The position numbers were made by a program, and so were the translations under genes. Of a stretch of DNA of 64,000 nt, positions 52,973-64,000 are shown piece by piece. Position 1 is the stretch's first letter. Every line of letters starts with the position of its first letter. This DNA is from Eledone cirrhosa (lineage: Eukaryota): assembly GCA_964016885.1 (NCBI GenBank), contig OZ024740.1:336722001-336786000 (forward strand), written 5' to 3'. The notes beneath the pieces are model-generated. The model had not been told where the DNA came from. It was given only the letters and a program-made list of their open reading frames with translations, and did no database searches.

Positions 52973-55899
52973 TTTGTATATATATATATTTAAGATAGAA
53001 ATGACTTCTACAAGACTAGAACTGTTTCATTTGTATGAAATCATCAGCAATATCAGGACATTTCAGATGATTTCATACAAATGAAACAGTCCTGCAGTCT
53101 ACTAATGTACTGAGTACCTTTTATAACTGAGGCTAGCCCCTGACACACACATATATATATAAACATACATATATACATACACATACATATACATATATAT
53201 ATATGTATATATATACACACACACACATATATATATATCGTCATCATCATCATCATCATTTTACTCCATTAAATGTATGATTGCTGGATGGGTACTACAA
53301 AAATAGTGGGAGGTGGCCTTAAAATGCTTCTTGTTGTTGGTTATCATCATTCTATGTCTTCCATGCTGGCAAGGACTGTTGGGTTGTTAAAGATTAAGTC
53401 AGTACTTAAACGAAGCTACTCTCCTACTAGAAGGGTTGGGGAACCTCATCTCCCTTAATACATTCCATTTTTGGCATGGTTTCAATGACTGGATGTCAAC
53501 CACTTTATAGAGTACTGGGTGCATTTTATCACAGCACTAACATTAGAAAGGTGGCCGTATCGGAATAGCCCATACAACTGTTTTGGAAGTTTCTACAGTT
53601 GGATACCCTTTCTAACACTAAACACTTTACAGAATGTACTGGGTGTATTTCATCATGGCACGAAACCAACAACAGAGATATCTAGAGTTTCAGTGGGTAA
53701 AGTGGAACTTTCAAAGGGATTACTTTGCTACAAGACAAAATGTGATCAAGAATGGAGAAGAGAGGGTTGTGGCCAATAAGGATATAGGTTATGTGAAGTA
53801 GTTAAAATGATGGAGCTACATGTTGGCTGTTGGTGAAAGGTTGAATAAATAAAAACATGAGCAATGAGAGCACATATGAAATAGGCTCTCTCAAATGTTC
53901 AGATAGTTGATAGCTTTTAACTAGATGGTTTAATTAGCTGTGGGGACCTCTCTATTACTATCCATTACTTTCCCTCTCTCTCAAACATTCACCTGTTGCT
54001 ATTTTTCAACCCTTACTCTCTATATTACAAACCCCTCTTCTAGACAATGGTCACTCCACTAATTGCTTACCTATGTCCCTCTCCCAAACTCCCAATATTC
54101 CTCTTTTCATCACCCTGTCTCTACCTAGCATATAGCTGCCCACAAATGTCACTCTTCCATTATATTCTGCTGTACCAACTGGTGGCTCTGTCTCATCCAC
54201 AACACTCATATATATGAAGTTTCTTCTATTTACTCTCTTGGTCACATTGGCTTTGAACAAACACAAACAAATTAGAGTAGAGAGAACTATTTAGCCTTGA
54301 AAAGGGACGAGGCATTTTCTATAGAGCTTGTGCTATGATAAAATAAGCCCAGTACACACTGTAGAGTGGTTGAAGATCATAGGGTAGAGAGGATCCTTTG
54401 GTTTTCTGGAGGACTTGACAATTTCTGAAGCTGGTGTCATGATAAAATGCACCCAGTAAACTTTATTAACCCTTCAGGTACCAACCCGGCCAAAACCAAC
54501 TCTGGTTCTATGAAATAAAACCACCCATTTTAAAAGTTTCCAATTTAAATTAAAATCTTCCAACATAATTTTAGTTATATCTTAGTAATGAAACAATTAA
54601 TAATTTTAGTAAATCTCTCAAAACTTTTCATTAATTAATTATAATAGAGAATATTTCATTAGAAATGCAGTCATGATAGGATTAAGTGATTGATGTAAAG
54701 TAGGGTACTCAGCCATAGGATTGAACATGCAAGCAAGATGTGATCCCTGTTGCATCTGAGGAGCAATAACTTCAAATAAGAGTTGAATCAGATCATGATG
54801 ATCCATCCAAGCCATGCCAGCAAGGAAAACAAGACATAAAATGATGATAACGATGATGTTTATGTTTAGAAAAGCTGAATACACATAGGTACTCAAAATT
54901 TCATGAAATTGTGAGATCATTCTGGTTTTATCGATAAATACGGAATAATCATTCAAACATGTAAAATTTTAAGAAACTACAAACTTTCCACAGATGTGTG
55001 TGTGTGTATATATATATATATATTTAGGGATTGTAACATCCAGTTACTGTAGGTTCACCAGAGTGAGCACTCAATGCGTAGTTTCCAGCAAGTTTAAAGG
55101 TATAGTACTAAGCAGAGTGTAATACTAATAATAAAAAGGATGATTTGTTAGGACTTCATTACGTTTATTGAGTAGTGACGAGCTTTTGATTCCAGAATCG
55201 GGCCAGAATCATAGATTGAACATTGAGCTGATCAATCGCGAAACACTATTCAATAAATATGATGAAGACATAAATCGTCTTTTTATTAGTGTATATATAT
55301 GTATATATATATATAGAGAGAGAGAGAGAGATTGTGAACCCACACAAACATACTTAAACAAAAATGATAAACATAAAAAGAAAAGGCATAGTCGCTAAAT
55401 AAAGGCATGAAAAAAATTCCAAAGATTTTTTTTTTGCCTATAGGATCAACAAAAAAGAACAAAAACACAAAAAAAATCAATGTAATGAAATATATGAGAA
55501 ATAAAAAAAATCAAACAAATTTTATAATAATAATAATAATAATAATAACTGAACAAGACAACAATTATAAGATTTTTCAAAACTGGATCATTATATTCTA
55601 ATATTTGCACAACTTACAAAAATAACTTTCACAGGGTTGGCCTCTAAAGGAAGAAAAAAAACAAAAAAAACAGAAATAAACAGCACCTGGCAGAGAGAAG
55701 AATAATAATAAATGGTAAACCAAAAATGTGCAGGAACAGAAGGGGGGGGGGGGGGGTAAATAATAACAAATGAAGGGGTGGGGGGGAATCAAGGTTGGGG
55801 GGGGGGGTAAGCAAAAAATGTGTAGAGAAAATTAGAATGAAATAGCCATTTGGAGTACACACATGTATAAATGTACAAATATAGTGTAGGCATACAGAC

Positions 55900-55997
55900 A
55901 TTCATTTAAATATGTATACATGTGTGTATATATATATATATATGAGTGCATGTGTATATATATATATGCATACATATATATATATATATATGCATAC

Positions 55998-56028
<31 letters not shown>

Positions 56029-56086
56029 CATATATGTATATGCATACATATATATACATATATATACATATATATATACATATATG

Positions 56087-56128
<42 letters not shown>

Positions 56129-57167
56129 TGCATACATATACATACATACATATACATATATACATATGTATATATATATACATACATATACACATACATA
56201 TATATATATACATACATATACACATACATATATACATACACACATACATATAATATATATATATATTTACATATATATAGATACACATATAAATACATAC
56301 ATGCATATATATATATATATATATATACATATATATACATACATATATGTACATATATACACACACACATACATTGCTGTATATATATATATCATAATGA
56401 TGATGATTGTGCATGTATACATATACATAGAAACACTTAATATATATAAGAAAACATATACATGAACTGAACATGTGATGCAGTGAGCATACATACACAT
56501 ATGCTTGTGTATGTATGGGTACATGTATGTGTGTTGTGATTATATCATCCCCATTCTACATCCACTTTCCATGCTTGTATGAGTTGAACTGTGTGTGTAT
56601 ATGTATATATATATATATTATAAATACACACATACATTTCCGTGTATATATATAATGATGATGAAGTATGTGTTCATACATAGATGTGGACTTGTAAGCA
56701 TGTGTATGTGTGTGTGTATATATGTATATATATACACATACACACACATATATATGGAGAGAGATACATACAGAAATACATGAAAATGTATGTGCGACTA
56801 TATGTATAGACACATGCATGTATCTACACATACGTATACATGCAAACTATACTGATACATATACATACATCAACACAATGTACACATGCATTCATCTACA
56901 GGTGCACAAGTAAAAAGGTGAATGCAAGAGGTGAGAAATTAGTAAATAAAAAATAATTTTAAGTAGAAAACTAAAAGGAAAAAAGAATGAAACAAAATAT
57001 ACATACACACACATCATATATATATATATATATACACATATATATTTATATACATATATATCTATATACATATTTGTATATATATATATAAACATATATT
57101 TATATACATATATATCTATGTATGTATGTATATATATATATATATATATATCTATATATATATATTA

Positions 57168-57199
<32 letters not shown>

Positions 57200-57215
57200 A
57201 TATATATTTATGTGT
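55900..57215. repeat. Compound (TA)n/(TACA)n/(CA)n microsatellite region, possibly within the NIPBL 3' UTR
   Basis: Directly visible; source of many IY-rich pseudo-ORFs. Confidence 0.9.
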
Positions 57216-57903
57216 GTGTTGTTTAACTGAATAAATAGATCATAGGATACAAGAGAGGCCATGACAACAGTGAGAAGTCCCAACTCAGTTGGACTGCACT
57301 CACATAAAAAAAATCCAGGCACGTCCAGGAATTCAATGGAAAATGTTTGATGTCTTTTTTTTATTATCATTGTTATTGTTTTCACTTTTATTTTTATTTA
57401 TTTAACTTTTTTTTTTCAATTCTGAGATGGAACTGTGTTTAAGAATATACCAATATACCAATCTCAGAACATTGGTCTGAAGAACTAAAGAAATATTGTG
57501 TGTCTGTGTATGTATGTATAATGTTACTTTCTCACTTTTTATTTACTCAACCAAGCCCTGCAATATATATATATAATATAATTCAAATTCAATCTTTCAG
57601 TTTTTGAGGACAAATGTTTGGGGAATGGGGAAAGGTTTGGTGTCTTGCAGGTTTTGTTTGAGTTTTTCTTTGTTTATTGTTGTTGTTCTTTTTTATTGAG
57701 AAATATGAAGAAAAAAATTATATATTTCAACCACTTGAAAGTTTGTGCATATGTATGTGTGTATATGTGCCTGCATGTGTTTCTGTATGAAATACAAATG
57801 TTTTAAAACAACCCTGCAAATGACAGTAAACTTAACATTTTTTTAATTGTTAGCAAAATGTTTTATTAGTTTTATTCATTGTTCCATTTTATGTTTTTAT
57901 TTA

Positions 57904-57934
<31 letters not shown>

Positions 57935-58644
57935 AGCTGTGGTGTGGTGGTGGTGGTGGTGGTGGTAGTGGCATTGTATGGAGTTAATGGAAACTCCAAT
58001 GAGCGTTGAATATTTTTTTTGTCATTGTGTATGTGTGTTTTGGGGTTTGATAACCATGATTTTTTGATGAAAAATAAACCCCAGTCAACACAGTATGAAA
58101 TGTCAAGTTGTGGTTGTTACTGTTTCATTGAATTAGTTAAATGTGGATGTTGTTATTATTTTTTTTATATATTTTAATTTTATTTTTTTAAATAGTCGTT
58201 TTCATCTCCAATGTTAGGAAATAAATTTCAATAAAATTTTTTTATTTTTGTTTTCAAAATTTTAGCACAAAAATAACTTTTTTTCCCATCTTTTCAACCA
58301 GTTTGCTGTTATCTTTTTACATTATATGTATATATTTATATAATGTGTATGTGTGTGTATATATATATATATGTATATATGTGTATGTATATATATATAT
58401 ATATAATTTAGCATAGACTATTTTATAATCTCTGCATTCAGCATTGGTTGTTTTACAAAGTTTTGTAGTGTTTTAGCCTCCAATGAACGAAAATTAAACA
58501 GTTCAGAATGTATCAACCCATCCCATCCCAACAGTCCACTTTCATCCCTGTAACCCTAATTAACCCAAGCCACTTTTACTGTTGCTGCTCTTCTCGCCCT
58601 CCCCTGATTTAAAGATTTTCATTTTACTTATCAACAACAATGAA

Positions 58645-61600
58645 TCAAACGATGAAATCAGGGTCTTCATCACTATCGGCGTCATCTTCACTATCACTGA
58701 GACGACGCCGTTTCTTGCGCATCTTCTTCTTAGGAGGAGGTTTTGGAGTTAACTTGGGTGATGGTTTGATTTTCTTTTTCTTTTCAAGTAAAGCAGCATA
58801 ATGTTGGTTACGAGGCGTATGAGGGTGATGAAATGGTGCTTGATGCTGACTTCGGGGTTTGATTCCATCAGAGCCGTCGGAAACTTTATTGGTAATGACC
58901 ACTTCATTGACACCTTTAGACTCAACATGATTCTTAGCTCCTTCAGAAACTGAGTGCTTTATTTGTGGATTGATTTTGACATTGTCATCAGAATCATCGT
59001 CATCTGGAGGGTCAATACTCAACATTAATTGTTTGAAATCAAGGAATTCTTCAATTAATTTTCGTTTCCCTTCTTCATCAAGAGTATCTGATGGTTTTTT
59101 CTTGAGTAACTCAATAGTTGATGTTGGATTAAAATCTATTGAATATTTCCTTGCCAAAGGCTTATCATAAACTTTAGCCGCTTCTGCTGGTGAATAACGA
59201 TGGACTTTTGTGTCGGTGAAGCCATATAACTCTTTCAGATGCTGTTTCAGGACAAGAAGCAGTACACATCCTTGAGAGATGCGGCATATCTCCTGCAGCG
59301 GCACCACATTCTCAGGTAATCTTTCCATGATGCTTTCTATTTCTTCATCATCTTCATCATCAAATGTTTCTCCTTTTTTTCTATCAGTATCTTTCTTTGG
59401 TAGAAGACATTCTTTGAAAGACTGTAACAGGTTAGAGCCAGATACTGAGACAATAATGTCTATTTGATGAATGATAAATAATGGTTCGTCTTGAGATTGA
59501 TAAGCGAAAAAGGCAAGGTTATCAGCTATGTACAGAAGTTGCTCAAGTGATGCGCGTGCTGAATCATCAAATAGATTCAAAAGAGAAGTGATTAGCGCTC
59601 TTCGATAGGTTCGATTGGCCCGAAGAACTGCATAAAGGAATGCATTTAAACTAAGATTGACAGCATCCTGGGTCCTAAGGCCTCGAACTGGCTCTGAAGA
59701 ATCTTGAATGATACTTTGGAACTTATATGACATCTTTACACCTTGTAGAGCCTTCATATGAATGAACCCAGGATACTTCTTATCAATATCTTGAAGTTGT
59801 TGATCTGATCTCACTCTCACACTTGGATCCGTTTCTGTTCCCATTGTTATTAAATAGGGCACACACTGTACTGGGTGAATAAGACCCTGGCGGAGTACGA
59901 GCTGAATAATATCAAGAGCAGACTGTCGTACCTGGAAATTGGCACAAATGAAAGACTCAAGAACTTGTTTCAGGTACACCTGTATGATGGTGCTTGCCAT
60001 TCCTGATTGTAAATCACCCATATCTCGTAGATCCTCCCCTTTACATTGCTTTCTCCATTCAGCATCAGCTATGATCATTTTTGTTTCTTCCTCAACTAGA
60101 TAGCTGTGCACGTTCCGCAATGCTTGGATCTTCAGCTTTACAGCTGCACCACTGTTTGTAAATAGATAATAATAGAGTCCTTTCAATGTTTTCCCAAGCA
60201 TATATTCATAATGACGGACACACATGAAGCCAAGTCCTGTCAAAGCTTTTACACGCACTTCTTCATCTTCATGTTCAATAAAATAAAACAGAACATCGAA
60301 TACTCGATCTTTTATAGGAACTTTTGCTTTTGTTTCTCCCATTTCTTTCGAATCAAAGTCAAAATGGCGGCACAAAAGGCCCACAGTGAAAAGTGACCTC
60401 AACAATGTAGGTCTTCTCTTTTGAAGGGTTGGATTGTTAGCGTTTTCTTTGTGGTCAGCCATTAACTTAGAAAGAACGCCAAAAAATTTCTGGAAGCAAT
60501 CTTTAACTAGTCGATAATTATGACTGACATTGTTAACAACAGCACCAAGGCAACTGACGCAGCTCTGTAAAACCATCATTCCATGCTTTAGAATCAACTT
60601 CATCATGTCTTCTTCAAGTTGTGCCAGAAATGTTTCACTTGGATGGTCCATGAGAGGCACCACCACCTCAAGAATACGTGCAACAAAGTGAAGCACCATA
60701 ACATCACCTTGCGTGTTGCATTTGATATTTAAATATGGCTGAAGTGTAATTGCATGTTGAACCATGAGATCAGGTTTAATCTTACTGAAGAGATGTAGTG
60801 TGGTCAAACATGCTATCAGGCGCTGTGGATGAGAAGTATTATCACCATCCACTAATTTTTCTTCTAAACTCATGACATTTTCAACAAGGCAGTTAACAAT
60901 TTGCTGAGAAGCCAGCAAAGCACTCTTATTATAGTGACCGTCATCATCTTTCTTTAACAAATTTTCTAGCAAATGTTCAAAGAATTCCAAGCCACTGTCT
61001 TTACACGCAGCAACAACTTCTGTAATATTCACAACACGTCTCAGAAGTCTGGATGAATCTCTGTCACGTAAAGGACAAAACCACATCATTTGGAAAACCT
61101 CATTGACTAGTTTTTTTATACCTTCTTCATCATTTACTCTACGGATCATTTTCACACACATCTCAGGTATTTTGTTAAAATCAGGTTGTCCAAGACAAAT
61201 GTCTTTGAAAATCTTTATCACTCTTTTTCTTACACTAATACCTGTATCGAGAATCCGATCACATAACATATCATAATATTTGGGGATCAGTTCAGGTTTG
61301 ATCAGTATGAACTTTCCAACAAGTTCTACAGCTGCTTCTCGAACAGATGTTGATTGATCCAGAAACCTTCCATGCACTCCACGTTGCATATCATCACGAG
61401 CAAGAATTCCAGGGTCAGCTTCTACAACTGCTGTTAAACATTTCATTGCCTTTGTTCGTACTGCCACAGCTGTTTCGCTGAGCACACGTAAAATTTGAGT
61501 CAGGTATACATCAAAGCTCTGGGCAAATGGTCTCTTAGAGCTAAGATAGCGTGCTACAAGACAAGAGTCCTCAGTATCTAGTCTGCATTGTGACTGTCTC

Positions 61601-63999
61601 ATGTTATTTATTGGTTTGCTCGGGATTTCAATTATTGAAATTAAAAAGGCTTTCCCTTTCTCTGCTATTTCTAAGGCATGGTTCACTTCTTCAACTCTTT
61701 CATCTTCTTCTTCTTCTTTTAGTTGTTTAATTTTCTTCTGTAATTTTTCTGCTTCAACAGTGATATCCCGATACCACTGAGCAATATAAAATTGTCTTGC
61801 AAACAGCAGTGCAGCATCACTTTGTCCATTCTCAGCCAAATAGTACAGCATGGCTTTTTGCAAACTTTTTGTCTGCTTAATTTCATCTACACTGTCTTTA
61901 TTGGCTTCCTTCTTTACATCATTCTCTTCAGTCATTTCATTGTCTATTTTTGAAATAATCTCTTCGATCATGTCTGGGTTCATTTGACTAGAGACAGCAT
62001 CACTGCGAAGACGAGCAGCAACTATGCCTAAATACTCTAATGATGCAACTCTCAAAGACATGTCCGTAGATTTATTGCTGAACTGCTGTACAAGGATTCT
62101 CCCGAGAAGACTAAGCAACAGTTCTGAAGCTGGCCATTCTGGTTTGTTCACTGTAGATAGTAAATCCTGAACAAAATTTTCAAAAAGAGGACGATAGTCA
62201 TCTTCACTTTTGGCTGTACACTTCTTAAGAAAGACAGAGAGGAAGTTATAACCAGTTCTCATTGCTGTCTCATATGATGTTACAATCATGACATCACCAT
62301 CTACATGCTTTTTTCTATCCCCCAATAATCTTTTATCTATTAAAGGTTTTTCATCAATGCAAATCTCAGATATAATAGATTTTGCTGAAGGCAATTTAAC
62401 AACACATTGGATCAGCTGCAAGGCAAGAGCTGTTACCATCTGTATAGATTCATCAGCATTCAAGCGATAGTTGCGAAGGTTCCGTTTGGTGGATGGTAGT
62501 CGAGCTAGTGAGGCAAAAATATCTTCCAAAATAAGTTGCCTGTGTTTATCATACTTAGAAAAAATATTTGTAACCAACTTCATTGAATTTAACTGCATTT
62601 CACTAATGTTCTCAACAAAGAAAGGAGACACACTTAATGTAGACACTTGCAAAATGACAGTGTCTGTCAGTTCTTGAATGCTCAATAACTCACTCAGAGC
62701 TTTGATGAGCTCACAAAGTTTATTATATAAAGTTATTGTAGCTTTGTGCTTAACTGATTGAGTACGAGCTCGTTTAGATTTCAGGTTGCCTTGGTAACCT
62801 CCTTTCGCATGAGGATCTATTTTATATACCGGATCAAACTCTGGGTAAACTGTATTCTGAAGCTGCCACTTACCAAATAGAATGATTCTTTCAATAACAT
62901 CATCTAAATACACCTGCTTTGGCATTTCTGGGGCAGTCATTATGTAAAGAGCTGCCAGAGAAGCATCCACGCTCCTCATCACTCTCTCCATCATCATTTC
63001 TCGCCACATTACAGATTCCTCATCGTCTTCATCTTCATCTTCCTCAGGTTTTATATTTGGTGCTAGCTTTACACCATCTCGTACATTCCACTGAAGTATT
63101 GTAAGTAGCTTCACAAGTTTATCGGAGGGAATTTGATTTGTTACTTTTTGGGCTTTCAGTTTTGCAGCTTCTCCACAGATTTCGGCAAGTACCTGTCTTG
63201 CAATCAATGATTCCGGTGGACATTCTGTATCATCATCATCTGGATCAAGAGATCCAAAATCAATCTCCTCCGCACTATCAAATACATACTCCACTGCCTG
63301 AGCAAATTTTCTAAATGTTGGACTATCAAATAACTCCTCAGAACTTAATGCTCGCTGATTCATACGTTTGTGTCGTTTCCGACGTTTTTTCCGTGCTGAT
63401 TCATCCATTTCTTCTTCTTCATCACTTGAATACAATCTTTTTGTACTTTTTATTTTTTTCATAGTGTCACAATCTGTCCTAATTCTTCCTCCAGAGACAA
63501 CAGACTGAAGTGTTTTGGGATCTAAAAGTTCTAACACCACAATAGGCTTAGAATTTTTAGCAACTAAAAGGTCAACTTGCTTACTAAAAGATATCTCTTC
63601 GACATCTTCTGGTTTCATTTGCCTTTGTTGTTGTTGTTGCAGTAAATAATCCTCCGGTAGAACAATAGAGAAGGGTGGACACTGCTTTGATTTATCTGTT
63701 TTCTCCGAAGACATGTTGCGTGTTCGTCGTTTACACAGCTCCATATCTGCCTCTACACAGGAAGAACTAGCAGTGGCCGTGAATGGTGCAGGAAATCTGA
63801 TACTCTGGTGAAATTCTCCACTAACAGAGGCGGAATCTCTCCGTAGACCATGTGGCATTTGTTGCAGAGACAGGCTATCTGATCCACTCTTTCTGCGACC
63901 AGACATGTCCTGACAAATGTTCATACACTCAGTGGAAGGCTTGTTCTCAAAAGAGATGCTGCGCTTCGGTACTGAGGTAGATTTGGTACTACTGGTTCG
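58645..63999 (-). CDS. NIPBL: Nipped-B-like protein (cohesin loader Scc2), C-terminal ~1785 codons in a single exon; 5' end lies beyond the window
   Basis: Conserved NIPBL blocks: VYLDDVIERI, LILEDIFASLARLP, YRPLFENFVQDLLSTVNKPEWPASELLLSLLG, AVRTKAMKCL, SVREAAVELVGKF, RILDTGISVRKRVIKI, QGLIHPVQCVPYLI, YIADNLAFF, EPLFIIHQIDIIVSVSGSNLLQSFKE; PxVxL motif KPIVVL at 63532-63546. The frame stays open from 63924 to the window edge (RTSSTKSTSVPKRSISFENKPSTEC), so the listed Met is probably internal. Confidence 0.97.
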   Translation of the reverse strand, partial: RTSSTKSTSVPKRSISFENKPSTECMNICQDMSGRRKSGSDSLSLQQMPHGLRRDSASVSGEFHQSIRFPAPFTATASSSCVEADMELCKRRTRNMSSEKTDKSKQCPPFSIVLPEDYLLQQQQQRQMKPEDVEEISFSKQVDLLVAKNSKPIVVLELLDPKTLQSVVSGGRIRTDCDTMKKIKSTKRLYSSDEEEEMDESARKKRRKRHKRMNQRALSSEELFDSPTFRKFAQAVEYVFDSAEEIDFGSLDPDDDDTECPPESLIARQVLAEICGEAAKLKAQKVTNQIPSDKLVKLLTILQWNVRDGVKLAPNIKPEEDEDEDDEESVMWREMMMERVMRSVDASLAALYIMTAPEMPKQVYLDDVIERIILFGKWQLQNTVYPEFDPVYKIDPHAKGGYQGNLKSKRARTQSVKHKATITLYNKLCELIKALSELLSIQELTDTVILQVSTLSVSPFFVENISEMQLNSMKLVTNIFSKYDKHRQLILEDIFASLARLPSTKRNLRNYRLNADESIQMVTALALQLIQCVVKLPSAKSIISEICIDEKPLIDKRLLGDRKKHVDGDVMIVTSYETAMRTGYNFLSVFLKKCTAKSEDDYRPLFENFVQDLLSTVNKPEWPASELLLSLLGRILVQQFSNKSTDMSLRVASLEYLGIVAARLRSDAVSSQMNPDMIEEIISKIDNEMTEENDVKKEANKDSVDEIKQTKSLQKAMLYYLAENGQSDAALLFARQFYIAQWYRDITVEAEKLQKKIKQLKEEEEDERVEEVNHALEIAEKGKAFLISIIEIPSKPINNMRQSQCRLDTEDSCLVARYLSSKRPFAQSFDVYLTQILRVLSETAVAVRTKAMKCLTAVVEADPGILARDDMQRGVHGRFLDQSTSVREAAVELVGKFILIKPELIPKYYDMLCDRILDTGISVRKRVIKIFKDICLGQPDFNKIPEMCVKMIRRVNDEEGIKKLVNEVFQMMWFCPLRDRDSSRLLRRVVNITEVVAACKDSGLEFFEHLLENLLKKDDDGHYNKSALLASQQIVNCLVENVMSLEEKLVDGDNTSHPQRLIACLTTLHLFSKIKPDLMVQHAITLQPYLNIKCNTQGDVMVLHFVARILEVVVPLMDHPSETFLAQLEEDMMKLILKHGMMVLQSCVSCLGAVVNNVSHNYRLVKDCFQKFFGVLSKLMADHKENANNPTLQKRRPTLLRSLFTVGLLCRHFDFDSKEMGETKAKVPIKDRVFDVLFYFIEHEDEEVRVKALTGLGFMCVRHYEYMLGKTLKGLYYYLFTNSGAAVKLKIQALRNVHSYLVEEETKMIIADAEWRKQCKGEDLRDMGDLQSGMASTIIQVYLKQVLESFICANFQVRQSALDIIQLVLRQGLIHPVQCVPYLITMGTETDPSVRVRSDQQLQDIDKKYPGFIHMKALQGVKMSYKFQSIIQDSSEPVRGLRTQDAVNLSLNAFLYAVLRANRTYRRALITSLLNLFDDSARASLEQLLYIADNLAFFAYQSQDEPLFIIHQIDIIVSVSGSNLLQSFKECLLPKKDTDRKKGETFDDEDDEEIESIMERLPENVVPLQEICRISQGCVLLLVLKQHLKELYGFTDTKVHRYSPAEAAKVYDKPLARKYSIDFNPTSTIELLKKKPSDTLDEEGKRKLIEEFLDFKQLMLSIDPPDDDDSDDNVKINPQIKHSVSEGAKNHVESKGVNEVVITNKVSDGSDGIKPRSQHQAPFHHPHTPRNQHYAALLEKKKKIKPSPKLTPKPPPKKKMRKKRRRLSDSEDDADSDEDPDFIV

Positions 64000-64000
64000 C

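Noticed and set aside
58970-63104. Plus-strand ORFs overlapping NIPBL (and antisense ORFs over the RTE copies)
   Set aside because: Antisense shadows of real coding frames with no independent motifs.
63922-63924. ATG at 63924 as the NIPBL start codon
   Set aside because: The frame is open to the window edge and the conserved N-terminal region is missing.

Overview
AT-rich, microsatellite-dense eukaryotic DNA. The repeat content (RTE, CR1, R4 and Penelope retroelements, tRNA-type SINEs, (TA)n tracts) suggests an invertebrate, probably a cephalopod such as octopus; this is an inference. Two host genes lie tail-to-tail. (1) On +, a divergent SQSTM1/p62-like gene that the ORF track mostly misses: five phase-compatible exons (9072-9271 ZZ finger, 23260-23389, 25981-26030, 27879-28587, 40120-40295 UBA); no PB1 exon was found in the window. 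(2) On -, the cohesin loader NIPBL/Scc2 as one uninterrupted frame of more than 5.3 kb that runs off the window edge. The rest is mobile or repetitive DNA: a 44-bp minisatellite of about 4.8 kb with higher-order structure, two RTE subfamilies with a PHD-type finger inside the RT, a Penelope-like element with a 5' inversion, a DD37D Tc1/mariner, a Chapaev3-like remnant, tandem Helitron-like elements, CR1 and R4 fragments, MITEs and SINEs. Several minimal hammerhead-ribozyme motifs and a set of fold-back hairpins embedded in (TA)n tracts were found by eye and appear to be products of Penelope-type retrotransposition. Most short ORFs in the track are translations of microsatellites.
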